From NCBI GenBank assembly GCA_905178155.1, contig CAJINV010000004.1, positions 9,205,159 through 9,269,158 of the forward strand: a stretch of DNA of 64,000 bases. The letters run 5' to 3'. The stretch comes from Amoebophrya sp. A120 (taxonomy: Eukaryota > Protista > Dinoflagellata). The notes beneath the pieces were generated by a model, which was given only the letters and a program-made list of their open reading frames with translations, did no database searches and was not told the origin of the DNA. The first letter of the stretch is position 1. Every line of letters begins with the position of its first letter. This document shows, one piece after another, positions 1 to 13,900 of this stretch. Made by a program: the position numbers and the translations under genes.

Positions 1-102
1 TCGGTGCTGTGTTGCATACTTCTACACTGATGCTCGATCGCATTTTTTAAGAAAATCTTTTAAATCAATAAAATTCAAATCGCATTTCTGTTCAACAGAA
101 CT

Positions 103-3100
103 ATGAGTCCAAAAAAAAGAATCTTCATGGTGCACCAGTCTGCGCCACAGAGGACAGTGGAGACGATGGACGCGCAAGTAGCCTATCAAATGTAAAAATG
201 TCTGGGTCTGGAAGATTCTGAGACTTGTCATGCATGTTTTGTATTGGCCATGATGTCTGTGATGCATGCCCTAGCATCACAGATTTTTTGAGGGCTTCGC
301 GATGCCTATTCCGCATGACAAATGCCCTCTCCGCGTAGCAAAAATTGCGTTTCCTTTGCTGCTCATGCAATACAGATTTTTTTGGAGTCCAAATTCAGCA
401 TCACCTCAGGGTTCCAGGGTTCCAAATTCAGCATCACAAATTGCATTCTTCCAGACCCAGACATTTTTACATTTGATATAGCCGCGAAGATGACAACTTC
501 AACTCCATCCAGCTGCAGTCCACCCTCCAGCACCTGTAACAAAGGGTCCCCGTCACAAGCAAGTGACCTACAACACGTAGGATCGGCGGGACGGGGTCGT
601 GAAGTAGAGGTGGTTTCGGTTATTTCCTCCACTTCTTCTATGGATGTGTCAGGATCGAAATCAACAAAATCGAAAAATTTGTGATGCATAAAATCGATAC
701 CAGTTGGACCCACAGTTTTCAAGTGGCGCATGACAAACTTCGGGAGCTGCAAAATCCAGTCTGGTGTCGTGCTGTTTGGGCAAAGAAGACTGCTCCTGTC
801 ATGCTGCTCTGGCAACGCGTCTTCTTCCCCTAAACAGGCTTGCAATCGATCTCATTTGCCTTCTCCCCAACACAGGCCTTCCGTGCCCTACATTTTATGC
901 ATTACAAGTTTTTCGATTTCGTCGATTTCGATCCTGACACTCCCATATCTTCCTGCCAAGTACAACCAGCTCCGCAGACCACGGATCAGGAACCAGCAGA
1001 CCAGCAGCACGAGAAGTACTACCAAGATCAAGATGGAACAAATTTTTTCCAGAAGGCTAGTAGTACAACAACGCAGCAAGCCCAAGCCGTCGAGATGTTG
1101 GCAGTCCCCACTGGAGGTGAAAGTGCTGCCACTGCAGCGCGAGGAGAAGGAGGACCTGCTACTCGTGGAGATAAGGAAGATGGCGCGTGTGCAGTCCAAG
1201 TTGTCCGAGCAGGAGTTTCTTCGTCCAACTGTTCGGGCGAAGATTTGCAAGGGCATATCTTCATGCAGGAGGATACAGCACGTCCACATGACATGAACGA
1301 GGATTCCCTGGAGTTGCAACCACACAACAAAATCAAGGGCGCGAAGAACGCGAAGGACAGCAAGACATCCTCCGCGGCCCCAACTACATTTGGCTGTCCT
1401 AGTACAACATCAGCTCTATCTACTACAACTACTACTCGTTCCTCCGCGCTGCGCCCGTCCGCCGCGCGAGTCAGCTTCGTGAGGCAGCGCCTGCAGGAGA
1501 AGCACCAGGAGCGGCTGCGGCAGGCCAAGCTGGTGCCGACATTGCAGCGGTATGTCGCGGCGTGTCTTGCGATGGTGATGGCGTTTTCCTACGGGTGCTG
1601 GTCTTTCTCCAAAAGAACGCTGAACACCGCGGTTGCAGTAGTGAAAAACTTCTGGCGCGAACGAGCGGTCTACTTGGGCTACGTCTACAAGCTGGTCTTC
1701 AACAGCTTCTACTACGTGGAGGTGCTCATCCGGTCATCTTTCTCGTGGGGGAAAAGTGCAGTTTGCGCAGCTTGGGGTTTCATTTGCTCCTTCACAGCTG
1801 ACATCGTCTTTCATCTTCTTCATACAGTACCATCGGGGGCTAGTTCTTCGTGTACTTCTGGTCCTCTGCAAGAAGAGGCACAGGCACAAAAGCCGGGAGC
1901 CGCGGCGAAAAAGCCTTCTTCAAAGATGACTACCAAGCGAAAAATGAAGGGGAAAACGAAAATGATAAACATGGGCGAACAACAAGAAGATCCGTTTTCA
2001 CCACGACAGGCCGGCGGGACAGACACGGCATCAACATCTTCAAACCACGGGCACGATGAAAATCAAGATACCCCTTGTTGCGACGGGACTGTTGTTGTTG
2101 TAACTGTGGTGTGTCCACCACCTCCCGCGAACAACGGTCTTGCAGGCTTTTGGCTTCGACTGCAGCAGGCAGTGATATTTGCAACCACCGCTGGAACAAG
2201 TCAAATTCTTCTGCGAGTAAAAGGTGCAGCGGGGCAAGCGCTGGCTTTTCTGCGCCGAATGCAACTCGTTTACTGCCAACGCTGGAAAAGTAGAGCCAGC
2301 CGGCGGGGGCAGTGGTGGCAAGTGTTTTGCGTTTGCTTATCAAACGGAAAAATCCCCCCTCCCCATATCAAAACGGAATTTCTGATGCTGGATTTGTGTA
2401 CACAAATCAGGTTTGTATTGCAGAGAAGCACTGCGGCCAGATCCCCAGGCTAGGTAGGGGCGTATGGGTCTAGTTGTTCAGCATGGCAAGCGGCTCACTT
2501 TTAGGGCCAACAGCATGACAAATCGCCTCCATAGTGCGGCGGAAGCTTCTGCCCTTGTCTTCTTGCAAGACAAATGTGATTTGTGACCTCAAATCAGCAA
2601 GACAAATTTGCGGAAACATACCTTTTCGATATGGGGAGGGGGGATTTTTACTTTTGATATTGCTTGCGGCTTGTGGAGTTTCTTGCGCTCGTCACGTACC
2701 TCTGTTACAGCTGGGTATGCATTGCAAACATGTCTGGGTCTGGAAGAGTGCATATTTGTCATGCTTGTCTGGCATGACTCTTAAATCTGTCATGCACGTT
2801 ACCCAAGAGAGCCGTTTTGCTGTCATGCAAAAACGCAGTTTGTCATGCAGAATAGGCAACACCTAGAAGCTCAAAAGCTTGTCATGCTGAGCCAGCAGTT
2901 GTGACCTTCATGATACGCCGCCCAGCAACATCACAAGTTTCCAGACCCAGACACTTTTACAATCCATACTGGGACCACTTGTACGACAACTACACCGCGA
3001 CGACGTCCATTTTCTCGTCGTCCATGTGGTACAACAACTACGCCGGGGGTCCAAGGGACGAAGGGAGAAGTACAACCACTACGGTTCTTGAGCACAGAAG

Positions 3101-4589
3101 CAACATGCTGAGTAAAAATTTACATTTTCCCAGCACGTCTCCCTCTCGCTCTCCGAGCAGCTCCTGGAGCGCCACGACGACCTCCGCGAAAGAGATGAAA
3201 ACTAGCAGTAGCACTAGAGGACTCCTGTCTACTAGTACAAAAGGGAGCGAAGAAGCCGAAGGTTTTATTACCTCCCACGGGGGCAGGGGGACGATCACGA
3301 AGACGAACAGGAACAACTACAACCGGAAACAAGCGTCGTGGCTGCAAGTCCTTCCTCATACTGGTGCAGTGGAGAGGACGACGACTGTCGAGGAGGACTG
3401 CCTGCTCGGGGGTGAGCAGCGGAAGGAGCACGAGCAGGCGGTGGAGAACGAGAACAAACGCATCAAACGCAAGGAGCTACTAGTAACCGAAATCCACCAA
3501 GAGCAACACCATCATATTAGCCATCACCAGTACCGCAGCACCACCAAGAGGATTTTTCTGTTTGCGAACGCGGAGAAGATCGCACTCGTGCAGCAAGAAA
3601 GTGGAACCGACGACGACATGGTCGTTGTTGAGCAGGTGCAAGAAGGGCTAACCGACGACGACATGGTCGTTGAGCAGGAGATGCTGGCAGGCGGGCCGGA
3701 TGGTCGTGAAAAACAACTTACTATTTCGGAAGATGAAGATGACACAGCCGTCGCAGCTGCGGAAATGTTTTTGAACACGGCGAGAACAGTATTACAGTGA
3801 AAAATGCCCCCACCCCCAAAGTTGCAAAAAATTGTGATGCGAAGTTTCCGAATGAAAACTTTTTGCCATGCATGAAAGGAGAAGTATGAATGTTTCTGAT
3901 GCACAGTCTAGCTGTGTCTCGCATCGCTTGCATGAGAAGCGCCAGTCTTGCTGGGGTCTTTTGCAATACAAATTTTTGCTATTCACGATTGGAAGCCTGT
4001 GCTGCTGATAGATGCAAGAGGGCAAATGTTTCATTTGGAAAGGTTTGCAATACAAAATGCCACCAGGTGGCATTTTTCATTGTAATAAACAGCAAACTCA
4101 AATCCAGCTGCTGCGGGGGCGCCCGCCCTGGACGAGGTGCTAGGTACCACGCCTGCGTTAGCCGGAAGAACCACCACCACGACGTCTTCGGATGTTGCAG
4201 CCAACAAGGTGCTGGCCAGCAACATGGACAAGAAGGTGCTCGTCAGGGTCAGGCAGTTCGGCGGGAAAGAGGTGTCTGGAACTACTCGTGGTCCTGGGCG
4301 ACGTGCAACAAGATTCAACCGACCTTCTGCAGTAGCTAGTACATCGACCTCCGCGGTGGATGAAGAAGCCTCACGGCGGGCAATAACAATGAGCGCGTTT
4401 CTGCAACAGCAGACGGCAAAAAAGAAACGGGTCGGCGAAAACGAAGAGAAGACGTCGCTGCAGAAACGAACCAAGGAGCAACAAGGCCGCGAAAAACAAA
4501 AGCGAAATTTGAAGGTGCGGATCACTAAGATATGCAATCATGTCTGCTTCTGGGAGAATGCGCGTGTAGTTTGTCGTGGATTTACTTAA
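103..4589 (+). CDS. Hypothetical protein (~995 aa) split by 5 TA...TA elements; hydrophobic stretches
   Basis: ATG at 103. Removing each element plus one 5-bp repeat joins ORFs 322, 840, 2901 and 4137 in one frame (VA|AKM, TS|CQVQ, CVC|LRLV, SW|DHLY, ART|ANSN). The 3' end is uncertain: a possible GT donor lies at 4515. Confidence 0.75.
184..478. mobile_element. Introner, family B
   Basis: TIR TATCAAATGTAAAAATGTCTGGGTCTGGAAG; flanking repeat TAGCC. Confidence 0.9.
639..947. mobile_element. Introner, family C
   Basis: TATGG..GTGTCAGGATCGAAATC and its inverse; repeat TCTTC. Confidence 0.9.
2338..2659. mobile_element. Introner, family D
   Basis: TATCAAA..AAAAATCCCCCCTCCCCATATC and its inverse; repeat TTGCT. 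Confidence 0.9.
2716..2968. mobile_element. Introner, family B (second interior type)
   Basis: TGTCTGGGTCTGGAA TIR; repeat CTGGG. Confidence 0.9.
3790..4087. mobile_element. Introner, family F
   Basis: TATTACAGTGAAAAATGCC / GGCATTTTTCATTGTAATA; repeat AACAG. Confidence 0.9.
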
Positions 4590-4955
4590 CTAGGTATTTT
4601 AGATACATGCACTGGAATGCGCTCAAAGCATCGCAGTTCGTTTATTTGTGAAGGCGTCTCAATGCATACCTTGACCTCCCCCTCGCATGTTGGCTAGAAA
4701 ATATGCATACCTCGCATGGGATTGGGATGAAATAACTCGCTCTACTTTATTTCCTACCCAGACGTGCCGGGCAGCTTCTTGAATTTTGGTGCTCATGCAA
4801 CAGTAGAAAAACAAATGTTCATGTTTTTGTTTGGTCTGTGTTCGACTTCGAGTCGTGAGAGTCAGTTAGCACAAGAAGTACGACGCATAATTCTATATTC
4901 CAAACGACCCAGAGGACAACATGTTTATTGCACATGCATAATCGACCAAAAAAGG

Positions 4956-7900
4956 CTGGAGTTTTTGCGGACGAGCGCACGCGTCACAGCGCAGAAGAGG
5001 ACGTCGACCGGCGAGGGTACCGGCACATCAGCAAGAAATAAACGTGTTGAACACGAACAAAAGACGTCGACCCGCGAGGGAGCAAGAAATAAACGTGTTG
5101 AACACGAACAAAAACATCTTCAGAAGCAAAAGCAGAAAGTTCATTTCGTCGACGCCTCTGCTGCTGTCGATCACCTGAACGCGCTGGTCGGGGAGCTTCA
5201 AAAGAATAATAATGCGGACGTAATGAACGAAATGATCCAGAACCTTGCCACCCACGCGGGGGAAAATGACGGCGCATTGAAGGACTATCTGGACCACATA
5301 CCGCTGGACGAGCCAAGAGGTCAGGCTCCAGGTGGCGAGCAGTTGATGCATGAGGCCTGCTATGGATTGCAAAAGTATAATCTAGCTATAATTTGAATTT
5401 CACGAAATTATTTTTAGCTCTGCTCAGCATGACAAGAAATCAAGTGGAATTTGTCATTCTGCTTTACCTTCTTGGGAACGCGAACGACATTTGTATATAT
5501 GCATGATTGCGATTAGTACGAGTGTGATACTTTTGCACTGGATACCTGCGTACTGATGGCGTTGGACGAGCAGTTCCCGGATTTGCTGATATGCCTTGCA
5601 AATATGTTTGGGTCGGGAAAGAATGGGATTTGTGATGCAAGATTTCGATCGTGGGAGATGCCAAAACCTGTATTGCACGAGCAGCAAAAAGAGAACTCAG
5701 AGTTTTGCCACCCCTAGAGGGCGCCTCTCATACCGGATAGGCATGAGCATGAAGAAAGCAAGCCTTCGTGTTCGTGATGCAAGCTGTGTTGCTAGCACAT
5801 GCAGTATGTTGGCATGGCGAGTCATGTACAATTTGCATGAAGACACCCTCTCCCCCCCGATCTTCCAGAGAACCTGAACCGAGACATACTTGCAGTTGAT
5901 TGCTGACATCGTGGGACGACAAAGACACTCCTGACAACCTAAATGACGACACTGTTTCGGTCGAACAAGAACATCTAAACCACATCTTCTACACCGAATC
6001 GGTGCCGGAGGGCAGCCCGCCCGATTACTCCGGGGAGGAGGGTGCGAACGGGATTAGATTGGACCGTTTCCGGGATGACGTGGCAAAGTACCAGGAAGCC
6101 GCCTACGGCGCAGTGGATCACGATCCAAATGATAATTTGAAGTTCAATACGGATGTGCCGGACGGGAAGCAATATATGACTCTCCCAGAGGGAGGCTATG
6201 GCTCGCTCAGGTGTTACAATGATTTCAACAGACTGTTAGTACCGGGAATATGAAAGCGGAGTAGAGTTCGATTTGTAATGCAAAAGCCAAAGTCGCTTTG
6301 GCTTTCACTTTCAAAATTTGCATGAAATTTATTTATATTTTTCTATAATCCAATTCGGATTGGAATTATTCCAATCGCGATCTATCGCAGATGTAGCTAG
6401 TATCCTCATAGAACGACGATTTCCTTCGGACGGTCCAAAGTTCAGTAAAATTATCTAGCTAAATTTGCATATGCGAAAAATAGTTGGCCGTGGAGCAGAA
6501 GCTCAATCTGTACCATTTTGGTCGTCATGTCGTAGTCGCGCAAGACAAACGTGACGAGAGGACTGTTCTTTCATTGTAAACTACAGTTCTTAGATGAAGA
6601 AATTGCAACACTTGAGCAGGTGATAGAGGCATGAAGGAGTTTCTCATGGAGGCCCGAGCGAGTATACGGCACGACCCCGGCAATGAGAATGACCTTATCT
6701 TTCCTCCGGAAAATCGAAGAGACAACCAGATCGCTCCCTTTGAACTGAATGAAGACGCGCGAAGGGCCATGCTAGCGGCCTTGATCGAACAATACCCCAA
6801 AAGGTTTGACGGGGGATTTGCAAACGACTTGGATGGACAGACTTCGCCCTTGGAGCATATCAACGACCTCAGTCACTACGTGACGTCGACGAGTCCCAAC
6901 GGGATCGATATTTTATGGGAAAATCCCCCCTTCCCATACTCAAAGCGGAAATTTGTAGTTGCTGACTCTTCGTGTAGTACACAAGTCCATTTATATTGCA
7001 TAACGGGAAACAAGGAAGGGCGCTTTGTAGTTTTCTGTAGGCGGAGATTTCTGTCGTGTCTGTTTAGGCCGGAGAGAAGGCGTCTGTGATGCCAAGCAGA
7101 TGATCATAGGCAGTGCCTCCGACGTAAACAGGGTCGTTAGGATCATCTAGTAGCTCAGATGTAGTTGTTATCCTTATCCTCGCAGCAATACAAAATGATC
7201 CGTGTATAATGCAAAAAATCATGTTACACAAATCTCTGACTCTGATTGAATATGGGGGCGAGGGTAGTGGATTTTTCATCTTCATAATCGAGAAGCTTGA
7301 ACTAAAAGCCGACGTCACCGAAGACCAAGTCCAAGATCTCCTTCGAAGATTCGACGACACAGACGGCAAGTTCCACTGGAACGACGTGGACATGGACGAA
7401 TTTCGCAAGGATTTCTACCACGCCATGCCTATTCCAGAGAAAAGTTGTACGCCCATATCAGCAAGAGGATATATAGAAAAATGATAAAATTATTCGTACA
7501 ATTGGAATAGCGGGTGTTCTTTGATAGTTATATTTTTACGGCACAAAAAACTCCGTGAAGATGCTCGCATGGTATGGGTGTGCTTTTTCATCTTTTTCTC
7601 TTTGATAATGCCCGAGCAGTACCAGAGAGACCACGGGGAATTGTTGCCCTACTACATGCGCAGCCACGAGCAAGTGGACGAAATGGAATTCTCCTCCCAA
7701 TACCTCGCCCTGCCTGCAGAACGCGAAGGCGGAAAGGAGCTGCACGACTTCATCCTGGGCACCGTATCTGAGCAGCCAGTATGGCGCTCTCAAAGAACGT
7801 TTACATGGATCGCAGCTGGTGCGTAATTTTCTGATGCAAAAAGAACTGCGCGTACGAGCAGAAGAGGGGCGGCAGCTTGTGTGTCTTGTTTCACTACGAT

Positions 7901-10900
7901 GCATAGTAACAGACGCGCAAGCTTTTATCGGCATCATTCATTGCATGATTTGGGACAGATTGTACTATCGCTATTGAGCGCCTCGGCCTCCGTATCTTCA
8001 TTATAAATATAGCTTGATGTTGTTGGTGCGGACGAGTGAATGATGTGATACTGATTAGTCGCTCATCTGCGGGGCAAGTCATAATCATATTACCATTATG
8101 ATGTTAAAGAGGTGAGCCGGCTGCCATCTTTTTCCAATGTTAAAGGGGGGAATGGAGGTGCCCCGGCTGCCATCTTTTTCCAATGTTAAAAGGGGGAATG
8201 GAGGTTCCCCGGCTGCCATCTTTTTCCAATGTTAAAAGGGGGAATGGAGGTGCTCCGGACATGGTCCGCCCACCGCGCTTTTTTCCAGTGTTAAGAGGGG
8301 GAATGGAGGTGCCCCGGCTGCCGCCTACCTTTTTCCAATGTTAAAAGGGGGAATGGAGGTGAGCCGGCCGCCATCTTTTTCCAATGTTAAAAGGGGGAAT
8401 GGAGGTGAGCCGGCTGCCATCTTTTTCCAATGTTAAAAGGGGGAATGGAGGTGAGCCGGCTGCCATCTTTTTCCAATGTTCAAAGGGGGGACGGAGGTGA
8501 CCCGTCCGCCATCTTTTTCCAATGTTAAAAGGGGGAATGGAGATGAGCCGGCTGCCATCTTTTTCCAATGTTAAAAGGGGGAATGGAGGTGAGCCGGCTG
8601 CCATCTTTTTCCAATGTTAAAAGGGGGAATGGAGGTGAGCCGGCTGCCATCTTTTTCCAATGTTCAAAGGGGGGACGGAGGTGACCCGTCCGCCATCTTT
8701 TTCCAATGTTAAAAGGGGGAATGGAGATGAGCCGGCTGCCATCTTTTTCCAATGTTAAAAGGGGGAATGGAGGCGATCCGGCTGCCATCTTTTTCCAATG
8801 TTCAAAGGGGGGACGGAGGTGACCCGTCCGCCATCTTTTCCCTCCCAATGTTAAAAAGGGGGAACGGAGGTGAGCCGGCTGCCATCTTTTTCCAATGTTA
8901 AAAGGGGGAATGGAGGCGATCCGGCTGCCGTCGCATCTTTTTCCAATGTCAAAAGGGGGAATGGAGATGCCCCGGCTGCCATCTTTTTCCAATGTTAAAA
9001 GGGGGAATGGAGGTGAGCCGGCTGCCATCAACGCCCGTCGGTTTTGTCTCCTCCTTTATATCAACGCCCGTCGGTTCTGACTCAGGTGGGGCATCCCCCT
9101 CGTCAAAGGGTTCATCCTGATCGGCCATCTTCCGAGATTTTTCGCAAAGTCCGTCGGATCCGTCTCCTTTTATATCCGCGCCCGTCGGCTTTGTCTCCTC
9201 TTTTATATCGGCGCCCTTCGGTTCCTTCCGACCCAGATGGGCCATCTCCCTCCTCAGAGGGTTCATCCTGATCGCCCGCCTTCCGGGATTTTTGACAAAG
9301 TCCGTCGGATCCTTCACGAGCCCCATTCTGCTGCCGAGATTTTTGACAAGCGCCGGCGGTGTCTCCTGCTTTATATCAACACCCGCCGGCCCGACCCATG
9401 TGGGGTGGGCCACGCCATCCCCCTCCTCAAAGTAAGGGCTCATCCTGATCGGCCACCGCGGGTCCACCATGTTCGACCACCCCAAGAGGGGGAGGGGGGG
9501 GGGAAANNNNNNNNNNNNNNNNNNNNNNNNNNNNNNNNNNNNNNNNNNNNNNNNNNNNNNNNNNNNNNNNNNNNNNNNNNNNNNNNNNNNNNNNNNNNNN
9601 NNNNNNNNNNNNNNNNNNNNNNNNNNNNNNNNNNNNNNNNNNNNNNNNNNNNNNNNNNNNNNNNNNNNNNNNNNNNNNNNNNNNNNNNNNNNNNNNNNNN
9701 NNNNNNNNNNNNNNNNNNNNNNNNNNNNNNNNNNNNNNNNNNNNNNNNNNNNNNNNNNNNNNNNNNNNNNNNNNNNNNNNNNNNNNNNNNNNNNNNNNNN
9801 NNNNNNNNNNNNNNNNNNNNNNNNNNNNNNNNNNNNNNNNNNNNNNNNNNNNNNNNNNNNNNNNNNNNNNNNNNNNNNNNNNNNNNNNNNNNNNNNNNNN
9901 NNNNNNNNNNNNNNNNNNNNNNNNNNNNNNNNNNNNNNNNNNNNNNNNNNNNNNNNNNNNNNNNNNNNNNNNNNNNNNNNTTTGGATTCCAAAAAAATCT
10001 GTATTGCATGAGCAGCAAAGGGAGTGTAATTTTTGCTACGCGGAGAGGGCATTTGTCATGCGGAATAGGCATCGCGAGGCCCTCCAAAAATCTGTGATGC
10101 TAGGGCATGCATCACTGACATCATGGCCCAGGTAAAACATGCATGACAAGTCTAAGAATCTTCCAGACCCAGACATTTTTACACTTGATATAGCGTATGA
10201 CGATCCGGACTTCACTCTCCGCACCGAAGATGGACCGAATAACCAACATCTAGCGGAACTCAAGAATCCGGACAAGCAAGAGGCGCTGCTGAGGGCATTG
10301 AAGTTACAGTTCCCTGACAACGCGGCTATACAGGACTTGCAAAACGGAGCGGGTAATCTCGGAAAGGTGGACGACCAGGCTGGGTTCGACTGGAAGGAAG
10401 TGGACGTGCATCAGCTCAAACACGACTTCAAGCATGAGTTCGCGAATGTGCTGGACAGGAACGCTGACGGGCAATTAACCTGGACCGAGATGTGCATCAC
10501 GGGCAAGCGCCACAGTGGCTTTGGAGCCGCGGCCTGCGACGACGACCAGATATCCTGGTCCGAGTGGCCGCTGTCGGACGAAAGTTGGCACCAGATGACC
10601 ACTGCATCATCGGGGACGACCGGAGGTGCATCGACTCACGCCGTCCTGACGAAGGCACAATTCGACAACCTAGAACTGGCCACCCACGACCTCGTGAACC
10701 ACGACGAGCAAGAGACCACACCCCCAGGGGAGTTGAAGATGACGGGGATCGCGAGCGAGCAGGACTGGATGAGGGATGATTATGTTGACCCAGCAGCTCA
10801 CTCGGGCAAAAATCCTGTTCCACATGAGATGCGAACGTTCCTCGACAAGATGACGGAGACAGGTCGGTCGACACACCATCGCGGCCTCAACGGCGTGGAA

Positions 10901-13900
10901 ACGAAGGCCGTGATCGCCTCGCTCGTCGAGCAGGACCCCAGCTTGGTGGACAAGTGGAACCAAGGCTCTCACCCAGTGAACGTGCTGAGAGACAGCAACC
11001 TGAGGCTGACGGACGACATGGTGAGCAAGATCGATTGGAGCAGAATCAGCTTCGATGAGACCAGCAACTTTTACGACGACGTGCAACGCGCCGAACCGCT
11101 GCCCGTCGCGGAGGAAACGGACTTGATTAATGACTTGAAGTTAATGATCGGCGGGGCTCAACAACATGGCATTTTCAATGGTGTCCAAGATACCCTGTTC
11201 ACTCCACAGACCAATTTGCGGGTGGATGGAAATGGTCGTCTCCCGGCCGACATGATTGACGAGAATCATGTGCAGGCCTGGAAGACCCTTCTGCGGAACA
11301 TTGAGAACGTCCCAGGCAACCCGACCTTTCCCGGTGACACCAACAAGGAGGAGTTGATTGCCCGCGTCGACCACTTGATAAAAGCCCACGCGCCCCTGGA
11401 CGCGAACGGGGGCGGGTACGCAAACCACTGGCTGGCCGCGTTGCTGGACGACAACCTCGGTCGCGTCTCGAAGAGCGAGCTGGAAATGCTTGGCGGGTAC
11501 CAACTGCAAAAATGTCTGGGTCTGGAAGAATGCAAACTTCTCATGCATGTTTTCCACACCCCTTGTGGTTTGGAATGCAGGACCTAGCATGACAGAGTCT
11601 GTGAGGTCTCTGCCATGCCTATCCTGCATGAGAAACTCCCTCCCAACTCGGTCGAAAGAGGACCGCTCTTGGCAGTCATGCAACACAGATTTTTGCATGA
11701 TTTGGTTTTAGCATGACAGGTTCCAATCTTCCAGACCCAGACATTTTTGCAATTCGTAGCGGGGCGGACCACACCATACGTCCCGAGGACTGGCTATGGA
11801 TCTGTCAGAGTTGAAATCGACAAAGTTGAAATAATTTGCCATGCATAAATTGCCTGGCATGAAGTGCCTCTGTTGCAGGGGTGGCAAGTGAGGCCGACTG
11901 TCAGCCTGCTTGCGGTCTGCGATAGAGCTGCTACAGTAGCATGACAAAAGGCGTCTCCCTTACCCAAACAGCATGACAAACTGGATTTCGGTTTCACCCA
12001 AATTTGTCATGCGCCACTTGGAAGCTGTGTTACAACTGGCATCCGTTTTATGCATCACAAATCATTTCAACTTTGTCGATTTCAAACCTGACGCTTCCAT
12101 ACTGGCACGGGCCGCAGAAGGTGTGGACCCAGCTCCTGGACACTATGGATACGAACGAGGACGGGATTCTGGATAAAGTTGAAATCGACGGCTATTTCGC
12201 AGCGACCCCGAGTGGCGGAAATACAAATAACGCCATCGAGATCGATACCCCGGCCCCTCCCCTGGTCTATCTGGAGGACCTCGCGGGGCCCAACGCACCA
12301 CAGAGCGGGCTGGCGCCGGCCGCGTTGCAGGGCGTGGCGTCGCCGCAGGGTACAGAGGACTGGATGAAAAGCCCCGCGGTGCCGGTGCCACTCCAGGACA
12401 TTCTGGCGAACACGCGGTCCATGAATGTGATTGAGCCGGGGGAAAAACCGCACCCGTCGTTCACGCCCTTCGAAGAGCGGGCCGCCATCCACGCGCTCGA
12501 GTACCAGCTGCACGCTGCTGCTGCAGCGTATGGGGTTTTCCAACGTTACATTCTCAGCTGTTGCATGAAATTGTAATGCAAGAGCAGCAATATGGAAAGC
12601 AAAGGGGCAAGCTTGCGAGTCTCGCATCACAAATTTGCAACAGAGTTAGATGCTGTTTAGCCCTTCGAGAATTTGTCATGCGAAGCACCTTAATCTTCTG
12701 GCGAGTTATGGGAATTTTGCATGACAAATCATGTAACAGTTGAGAATGTAACAGTTGAGAACGCCATACAGCGTCGCCGTCGCCGCTCGTCGCTGGCGTA
12801 ACTGAGGACAACAAAGCATCGCTGAGGAGAATTGACCTCGGCGACCAGTTGAACCAGGACGACATCACGAAGATCAACACCCTGTTGCACGTATCGATTG
12901 CAAATATGTCTGGGTCTGGAAGACTGCAACTTGTGATGCTGCATCTGGATTCTAAAAAAACTGTGACTTTCTTTGTTGCAATTGCATGAGCAGCAATGGG
13001 AATGTAATTCTTGCTACGCCGCTGAGAGGGCATTTGTCATGCGGATCAGGCATCAAGAAGCCCTCTAATAAAAATCTGTGATGCCAGGGCATGCATCACA
13101 GACAGTATGGCTCACGCAAAACGTGCATGACAAGTCTCAGCACCTTCCAGACCCAGACACATCTGCATTCGATAGCACGTCGACCATACCGACCAGCTGC
13201 CGCCGAAGAGCACAAGTACAATTACCGGGGAGGAGCAGACTGCGGCGCTGGAAGACATGAACGCAAAATGGACCGCTGCCCTCAATCCGACCACAGCCGG
13301 ATATGGCGTTCTCAAATGTTACATTCTCAACTGTTACATGAATTTGTAATGCAAGACTGGCAAAAGTGAAAGGAGGAGGATTGCGCCTTTTGCATTACAG
13401 ATTTGGCGCAGATTTAGATGCTGCTTAGCCCTTCGGAGATCTGTCATGCGAAACAGCTTAATTGTGGCGATCTTGCTGGTAAATTTGCATGACAAATCAT
13501 GTAACAGTTGAGAATGTAACGTTTGAGAGTCTCATACCGGATCCAACTCCTTCGCGAAAGAGTACGGGTTGCAGTGGACGTATGGGTGTGTCAGGATTGA
13601 AATCGTCAAAGTTGAAATAATTTTAGAAAGTAAAATTGGTAATGAATAAAATGCATGCCGCGACGAGGTACGTGTGTTGCAGAGCAGGAAAGTGAGGCCA
13701 ATTGTAAGCCTGTAGTTTGGGGTTAGTGTTAGAGCTCGGGCTGCTAAAGTAGCATGACAAAATCACTCTTCTTTGCCTAAACAGCATGAGAAACTGGATT
13801 TAGGGATCAACTCACCCGAAACACAATGCCATCCCGTAGTAGCACAGTCTGTTTATGTCATGCGCCACTTGGAAACTGGGTTCCAACTGGCGTCCATTTT

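Noticed and set aside
4515-4955. GT-AG intron fusing gene 1 to the EF-hand gene
   Set aside because: The obvious donor (phase 0) and acceptor (phase 2) are not frame-compatible.
6249-6620. Possible decayed introner and GT-AG intron linking ORFs 5900 and 6631
   Set aside because: TATG and TTGTAATGC are present, but I found no convincing partner TIR or matching repeat. The junction is left unresolved.
8341-9031. Repetitive minus-strand ORFs (MAAGSPPFPLLTLEKDG...)
   Set aside because: They are translations of a 46-bp minisatellite whose unit length is not a multiple of 3.
8949-10097. Long ORFs crossing the N run
   Set aside because: They are artefacts of the assembly gap.
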